Source: Methylococcales symbiont of Iophon sp. n. MRB-2018
GTDB lineage: Bacteria > Pseudomonadota > Gammaproteobacteria > Methylococcales > Methylomonadaceae
DNA length: 64,000 bases
Assembly (NCBI GenBank): GCA_003666325.1
Contig: QPIL01000118.1
Location: 2,402 to 66,401, forward strand
Reading direction: 5' to 3'
Positions 57,832 to 64,000 of the stretch are shown piece after piece. The first letter of the stretch is position 1. Every line of letters starts with the position of its first letter. Position numbers and translations under genes: made by a program. The notes under the pieces were generated by a model. The model was given only the letters and a program-made list of their open reading frames with translations, did not search any database and was not told the DNA's origin.

Positions 57832-58923
57832 ATGAGTAAACATATTATTGTGGGGATGTCTGGCGGGGTTGACTCATCGGTCACTGCTCTAAAACTAATA
57901 GAACAAGGTCATCAAGTTACTGGTTTATTTATGAAAAACTGGGAAGAAGATGATGGAACGGATTATTGCACAGCAATAGAAGACTTGGCTGACGCACAAC
58001 AAGTTTGCGACAAATTAAACATTGAATTAAAAACAGTCAATTTCGCCAGTGAATACTGGGATGAAGTATTTGCAGTTTTTCTATCGGAATTTAACAAAGG
58101 ACGCACACCCAACCCAGATATACTCTGTAATAAGCATATTAAATTTAAAGCTTTCTTAAACTATGCCATTGAAGACTTGGGGGCTGAATATATTGCCACC
58201 GGTCATTATGCCCAAGTCAAAGAAATCAAGGGTGAATATCAACTACTCAAAGGTCTGGATCGCAATAAAGAGCAAAGTTATTTTCTTTATACTATGGCAC
58301 AAAAGGCCTTATCCAAAACCCTGTTTCCCATTGGTAAACTAAACAAAGGTGAATTGAGAGCCATAGCTAAAAAAGCAGGCTTTAATAACCATAAAAAGAA
58401 AGACAGCGTTGGCATTTGTTTTATCGGAGAACGTAAGTTTACTGAGTTCTTACAGCGTTATTTACCCACACAACCAGGCGAAATGCGTACACCAGAGGGG
58501 CAATATATAGCGCAGCACCAAGGTCTGATGTATTACACTTTAGGACAAAGACAGGGCTTGGGGATTGGAGGTGTAAAAAACACCCCTGATGAACCTTGGT
58601 ATGTATTGGAAAAAGACTTAAATAATAATATCTTGATTGTTGGACAAGGACATGACCATCCATTAATACTACACAATACGCTAGAAGCTGGACAACTGGA
58701 CTGGTGTAGCAATAAGCCTTTATCTGACAGTATTCACTGCAAAGCGAAAACACGTTATCGCCAAAGTGATCAAGCCTGTTTTTTACAACCTTTGGAAAAT
58801 GATCGTTGTAAAGCAATTTTTGACAAGCCCCAAAGAGCAATTACACCCGGTCAATCTGTTGTTTTTTACGAGGGTGAAATTTGTTTAGGTGGAGGTATTA
58901 TTGAAGCTAAATATAATGAATAA
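57832..58923 (+). CDS. mnmA: tRNA 2-thiouridine(34) synthase
   Basis: 363 aa. PP-loop [11 protein letters not shown], ..[11 protein letters not shown].. and ..ATGHYA.. are present. Confidence 0.95.
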   Translation: MSKHIIVGMSGGVDSSVTALKLIEQGHQVTGLFMKNWEEDDGTDYCTAIEDLADAQQVCDKLNIELKTVNFASEYWDEVFAVFLSEFNKGRTPNPDILCNKHIKFKAFLNYAIEDLGAEYIATGHYAQVKEIKGEYQLLKGLDRNKEQSYFLYTMAQKALSKTLFPIGKLNKGELRAIAKKAGFNNHKKKDSVGICFIGERKFTEFLQRYLPTQPGEMRTPEGQYIAQHQGLMYYTLGQRQGLGIGGVKNTPDEPWYVLEKDLNNNILIVGQGHDHPLILHNTLEAGQLDWCSNKPLSDSIHCKAKTRYRQSDQACFLQPLENDRCKAIFDKPQRAITPGQSVVFYEGEICLGGGIIEAKYNE

Positions 58924-59109
58924 GTGTAATTACTTGCCAAGGGTAATAAACCAAAATTCACCTAAAAAATAGGGAGCAGGAAAACTTTAATGGATAGGAA
59001 TTTAACCGAGATAACTTATAAAGTGGCATGGACTTTGATTGAAAAACTTAATCATATAGCTTTTGATGAAATTAAAAAACCTAAAATAGCCATTAATAAA
59101 TAATAAATT

Positions 59110-60474
59110 ATGCAAACAAAGATAAAAATTAAAAACTTAGGGAAATTAACGCAGGGCGAAATTAAAATTCGCCCTTTAACTATTTTGACTGGAGAAAATG
59201 GGGCAGGTAAAAGTTTTTTTACCAAATCACTCTATTCAATTCTGAGTGTTTTTAATAAAAATGCCCTGCATATTGACATAGTGAAAAATATCAAACAAAT
59301 TGAAGTCTTATTATTTGCTTTTATTGAAAATATAAATCAAATTAGTGAAACAGATAGAGTTAGTGTTCAAAATCTGCAAATCAAATTGCAAGAGTTGGGA
59401 GAAAAATTAAATAGTGTTAGCGAAGAGAATATAGACATTTATCTTGCTTTTTCTTCATCTTGCTTTGAAGAAGTTGATGGGTTCTTGAGTACATTTGATG
59501 AATATTTAAAAGAAATAATTAAGAAGCCTACCAAACAAAGATCTGTTGCCAGAATTATTGATACCTTAAGCAAACTGTTTAAATCACTATGGGATAGTCT
59601 TGCAGATAGTAATGGTAGTTATGTGCGATTGTTAGGAGTTAATTTAGATGTAGAGATAAAAGAAAATTTCCAAATAGCAGATTTGTCAGAGTTAGTATCA
59701 TTTGAAGCAAATAAGTGTGAAATATCCTCTGACCTATTTACTATAAAATTAGGAAAAAATGGAATCGAATTTAATCTAAAACATAAATTTATAAATGAAG
59801 TGACAGGTTTGTCAAGAGTCGTATTCTTTGAGTCACCAGCCTATTGGAAAGTTCGTAATGCATTGATAGAAGCAAAACAGTTGAGCAGAAAATCAGATTT
59901 AACAGGAGTGCCTAAATATTTCTATGACTTAGATCAAACACTAACAACAAAATCCACTGAAAATATACCTGAAATTTCAAAATTAGCTGACAAATTGCAA
60001 CAAGCACTTGGAGGAAAATTCTCCTTTAAAAATGGAAGTTTCACTTTTAAAGATGACTTAGGAAATGAGCTCTCTAAGAATTTAGTTTCTTTTGGAATGA
60101 CAAACTTGGGTATGGTGCAAACATTACTAACAAATAATGTGATTACTAAAGGCTCGTTTGTATTTTTTGATGAGCCAGAAACTAACTTGCATCCCCAATG
60201 GCAAGTATTATTAATGCAAACTTTAATTAAACTAGCTGATCATGATATTAATGTTGTGATAGCGACACATAGTATTGATATGATCAAAGCTTTAGAGGTT
60301 GGTTTAAAAAATAAAGATAATTTAAACGATACTGTGTCTATAAACTATTTTAATGCAGAAGGCACATTAACTAAGTTTGAAGCTGAAAATAAGATTGATC
60401 AATTAATTGAATCTAGAGAAATACTTAGCGCATCTTATGAAAAGTTGTATTTTGAGGATGCACTGAGTGACTGA
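59110..60474 (+). CDS. ABC/SMC-like P-loop ATPase (AAA_15/AAA_21 type), function unknown
   Basis: 454 aa. Walker A GENGAGKS (28-35), signature-like VSFGMTNLG, Walker B/D-loop FVFFDEPETNLHP and H-loop VIATHS are present, with a ~250-aa insertion between the N- and C-terminal ATPase lobes. Confidence 0.8.
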   Translation: MQTKIKIKNLGKLTQGEIKIRPLTILTGENGAGKSFFTKSLYSILSVFNKNALHIDIVKNIKQIEVLLFAFIENINQISETDRVSVQNLQIKLQELGEKLNSVSEENIDIYLAFSSSCFEEVDGFLSTFDEYLKEIIKKPTKQRSVARIIDTLSKLFKSLWDSLADSNGSYVRLLGVNLDVEIKENFQIADLSELVSFEANKCEISSDLFTIKLGKNGIEFNLKHKFINEVTGLSRVVFFESPAYWKVRNALIEAKQLSRKSDLTGVPKYFYDLDQTLTTKSTENIPEISKLADKLQQALGGKFSFKNGSFTFKDDLGNELSKNLVSFGMTNLGMVQTLLTNNVITKGSFVFFDEPETNLHPQWQVLLMQTLIKLADHDINVVIATHSIDMIKALEVGLKNKDNLNDTVSINYFNAEGTLTKFEAENKIDQLIESREILSASYEKLYFEDALSD

Positions 60475-61042
60475 AATCAATACGGATGATTTTCTTAAAA
60501 CTATTCAGCATGCAAAAGATAGCAATAATCAAATTGAAAAAGCTACCTGCCAAGCTATTGCAATAGATGGTATTAATGGATTAGCTTGTTTTCTAGGATT
60601 TCAGGATGGGGAAATATCAAAAGTAGATTATTGTGATATAAAAAACCATAAGATACAATTTATAGAAGCATCAGATCTTGGTAAGACTATTGGTGATTTA
60701 TTAAGTGATATTAGTAGGGAAATAGTAAAAGCGAAGCAACAAGAAAACCCTACGAAAGACCTTGAAAAAAGAATTAGGAAAGCACGTTGGAAGCCAATAA
60801 AAATGGAGTTTCAATTGAAATTTCAGGGCTCCATAAATGTTATTGAAAGGTTGTATAGAAAAAATAGAATTAACAAAGACCCTACCTATCAATTGTTAAT
60901 TGTATGTACGAATAATACAGATATTCGGATATTGGATATATTAAGAAACGATTTAAAAATCTTCCTTGAAGGAATGATTAGAAAAGGTGTTGGTGTTTGT
61001 ACGACTAGAACTGTTTGCCAGGAACTTATATCTGCGAAATAA
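60467..61042 (+). CDS. 191-aa protein of unknown family, translationally coupled to the ATPase
   Basis: The GTG start has GAGGA 8 nt upstream and an 8-nt overlap (GTGACTGA) with the ATPase stop. No recognisable catalytic signature. Confidence 0.6.
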   Translation: MTEINTDDFLKTIQHAKDSNNQIEKATCQAIAIDGINGLACFLGFQDGEISKVDYCDIKNHKIQFIEASDLGKTIGDLLSDISREIVKAKQQENPTKDLEKRIRKARWKPIKMEFQLKFQGSINVIERLYRKNRINKDPTYQLLIVCTNNTDIRILDILRNDLKIFLEGMIRKGVGVCTTRTVCQELISAK

Positions 61043-61340
61043 GTGATCAGAAATAGCAGACAGATACTGTCTTAAAAATAAAGCCCTTACCCCTATTTTT
61101 AGGTTTAACTTTCAAGACCGCTTAGATTGCCCTTTATTTTGTTCACAAGAGCCAAGGCGAAAGTGAGGAGTTTACAGCTGTAAATAAGCACTTTCAACGC
61201 GGCTATTGGAGAAAGTAGAGGGTAACCGACATGATCATTGTTTTGGCGATGAAGCTAAGACTAAACCCTTGCTTTTTCATTAGCTAATGGGCATATCTTT
61301 GTGTTTCGGTCAAATGGCTATACATTTTCATCTTTCACTG

Positions 61341-61437
61341 CTTTTTCTTAGCGGATTAAAGAGTGGTTAATATACTGAGACCTCATACTCTTTTTACCGA
61401 CTACGAGTGTTGCACTTATGATGTAAATTCAAGGGTT
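61341..61437 (+). repeat. ~86-bp direct repeat, copy B (upstream of purB), with a 13-15-nt GAGACCTCA insertion
   Basis: Aligns with 57610..57695. The extra tgagacctcatactc is at 61376..61390. Confidence 0.8.
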
Positions 61438-61495
61438 ACGAAGTACGTTGAATAGTTACCAATAAGCTATAATCCCCATCTTAAAAAAAACATAA

Positions 61496-62887
<1,392 letters not shown>

Positions 62888-63183
62888 CATCAATCGTAGA
62901 TAATTGCTTTTACCTAGCCAACCCTCATTTTTTTAGCACATCTTTGAGATAATCTATTCTAGGGTTGTTATGCCATTTTCAAGAATAAATGATGTGATAT
63001 AGTGCCTGTTTTTGTGCCTTGTGTTTATAAAAAGTCTAAGCTTACTTGTCAAACTTATTTTCTTCCTCGAGACTATAAACAACCCACTTCATTTAAGGAT
63101 CTGTCTTTTGACACAGCCTTTTTTGCCTAATCTATTTCAAAACACTAAAATAGAAACCCTTTTACCTCATTACCCTTTAGTTT

Positions 63184-64000
63184 GTGCTTAATTTTATTTG
63201 GATTTTTTTCTTTATTAGTGCTTTTGTTACTGCCCTGTTTAAATTATTAGTTTTGGGTGATCAGCAAATTTTCTCGCAAATTATGACTGCCATGTTCGCT
63301 CTGTCAAAAACAGCCTTTGAAATTTCACTAGGCTTAACTGGCATTTTATCCTTATGGCTGGGTATTATGCGTATCGGAGAACGCAGTGGTTTTATTCAAT
63401 TATTAACGCAAGCGCTCACCCCGCTTTTTAGCCGTTTATTTCCAGAGATACCTAAAAATCACCCAGCATTAGGTGCAATGGTGATGAATATTTCGGCCAA
63501 TGCATTAGGTCTGGATAATGCCGCTACACCATTGGGCATTAAGGCCATGAAGGAGTTACAAACCTTAAATGTATCAGCCGATACAGCAAGTAATGCACAG
63601 ATATTATTTCTAGTTATTAATACCTCAGCAGTCACCTTATTTCCTATCACTATTTTCACATATCGCGCACAAATGGGGGCTGCCAGCCCAACTGATGTTT
63701 TTATCCCTATTTTGATTGCCACTTATATATCCACCCTTATGGGCTTATTGGCTGTTGCAAGCGTACAAAAAATAAATCTTTTGGATAAAGTAATATTTTC
63801 TTATTTAGCAGGGTTTACTGCTTTTATTGTCGGCATACTGTATTACTTTGCACAATTAAACCAAGACGCTATGCTGGTTCAATCAGCACTCATTAGTAAC
63901 GTTATTCTGTTTAGCCTTGTCATTACCTTTATCGTAGCTGCGATTTATAAACGGGTTAATGCTTATGATGTTTTTATAAAAGGGGCTAAAGAAGGCTTTG
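63184..64000 (+). CDS. nucleoside-recognition (SpmA/SpmB-like) membrane protein, 3' end outside the window
   Basis: An ORF open from GTG 63184 to the window edge (absent from the track). It reads (M)LNFIWIFFFISAF..AFEISLGLTGILSLWLGIMRIGE..MNISANALGLDNAATPLGIKAM.. Confidence 0.7.
   Translation, partial: MLNFIWIFFFISAFVTALFKLLVLGDQQIFSQIMTAMFALSKTAFEISLGLTGILSLWLGIMRIGERSGFIQLLTQALTPLFSRLFPEIPKNHPALGAMVMNISANALGLDNAATPLGIKAMKELQTLNVSADTASNAQILFLVINTSAVTLFPITIFTYRAQMGAASPTDVFIPILIATYISTLMGLLAVASVQKINLLDKVIFSYLAGFTAFIVGILYYFAQLNQDAMLVQSALISNVILFSLVITFIVAAIYKRVNAYDVFIKGAKEGF

Noticed and set aside
63459-63722. 87-aa minus-strand ORF
   Set aside because: It is fully contained in the plus-strand nucleoside-recognition membrane protein gene, which is open to the window edge.

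Overview
This is an AT-rich 64-kb chromosomal segment. Gene content and local synteny look gammaproteobacterial (exbB-exbD-lpxK-ycaR-kdsB, sucCD, feoABC, mnmA/purB). About two thirds is housekeeping: cysZ, ispH, cbiA-like, lpxK, kdsB, queG, gdhA, nadE, sucCD, pgi, sbcC, tRNA-Gly/tRNA-Cys, feoABC, proS, an RND efflux operon, mnmA and purB. There are three accessory patches. (1) A decayed defence island at 35.4-43.4 kb holds a MITE, higBA, a frameshifted SDR-type threonine dehydrogenase gene, an hsdM stub, a KilA-N stub, fic, and a Gabija-like OLD-nuclease plus UvrD-helicase pair. (2) A Fur-box-controlled haem/iron uptake locus at 50.7-56.7 kb holds hemP, a TonB-dependent receptor, a chelatase-fold lipoprotein and a NosR/NapH-like FMN/Fe-S membrane protein, with a duplication/deletion scar in the middle. 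(3) An uncharacterised, translationally coupled ABC-type ATPase plus 191-aa partner cassette sits between mnmA and purB. That slot normally holds hflD, and the region is bracketed by ~86-bp direct repeats. This cassette is my best candidate for an undescribed (defence-like) system. The most unusual property of the window is its repeat load. Eight tandem heptanucleotide tracts at seven loci ((A/G)GACT(C/A)A) mostly sit in sense orientation at gene 3' ends, and four of them supply the stop codon (feoC, proS, RND pump; the cbiA stop shares its last base with its tract). The proS tract also encodes a 31-residue tail on prolyl-tRNA synthetase. A MITE-like composite element carries such a tract between 18-21-bp terminal inverted repeats. 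A second 159-bp MITE has perfect 18-bp TIRs and leaves scattered solo termini. No rRNA, CRISPR array, intact transposase or integrase was seen. All family assignments come from reading the translations by eye. No database search was run.
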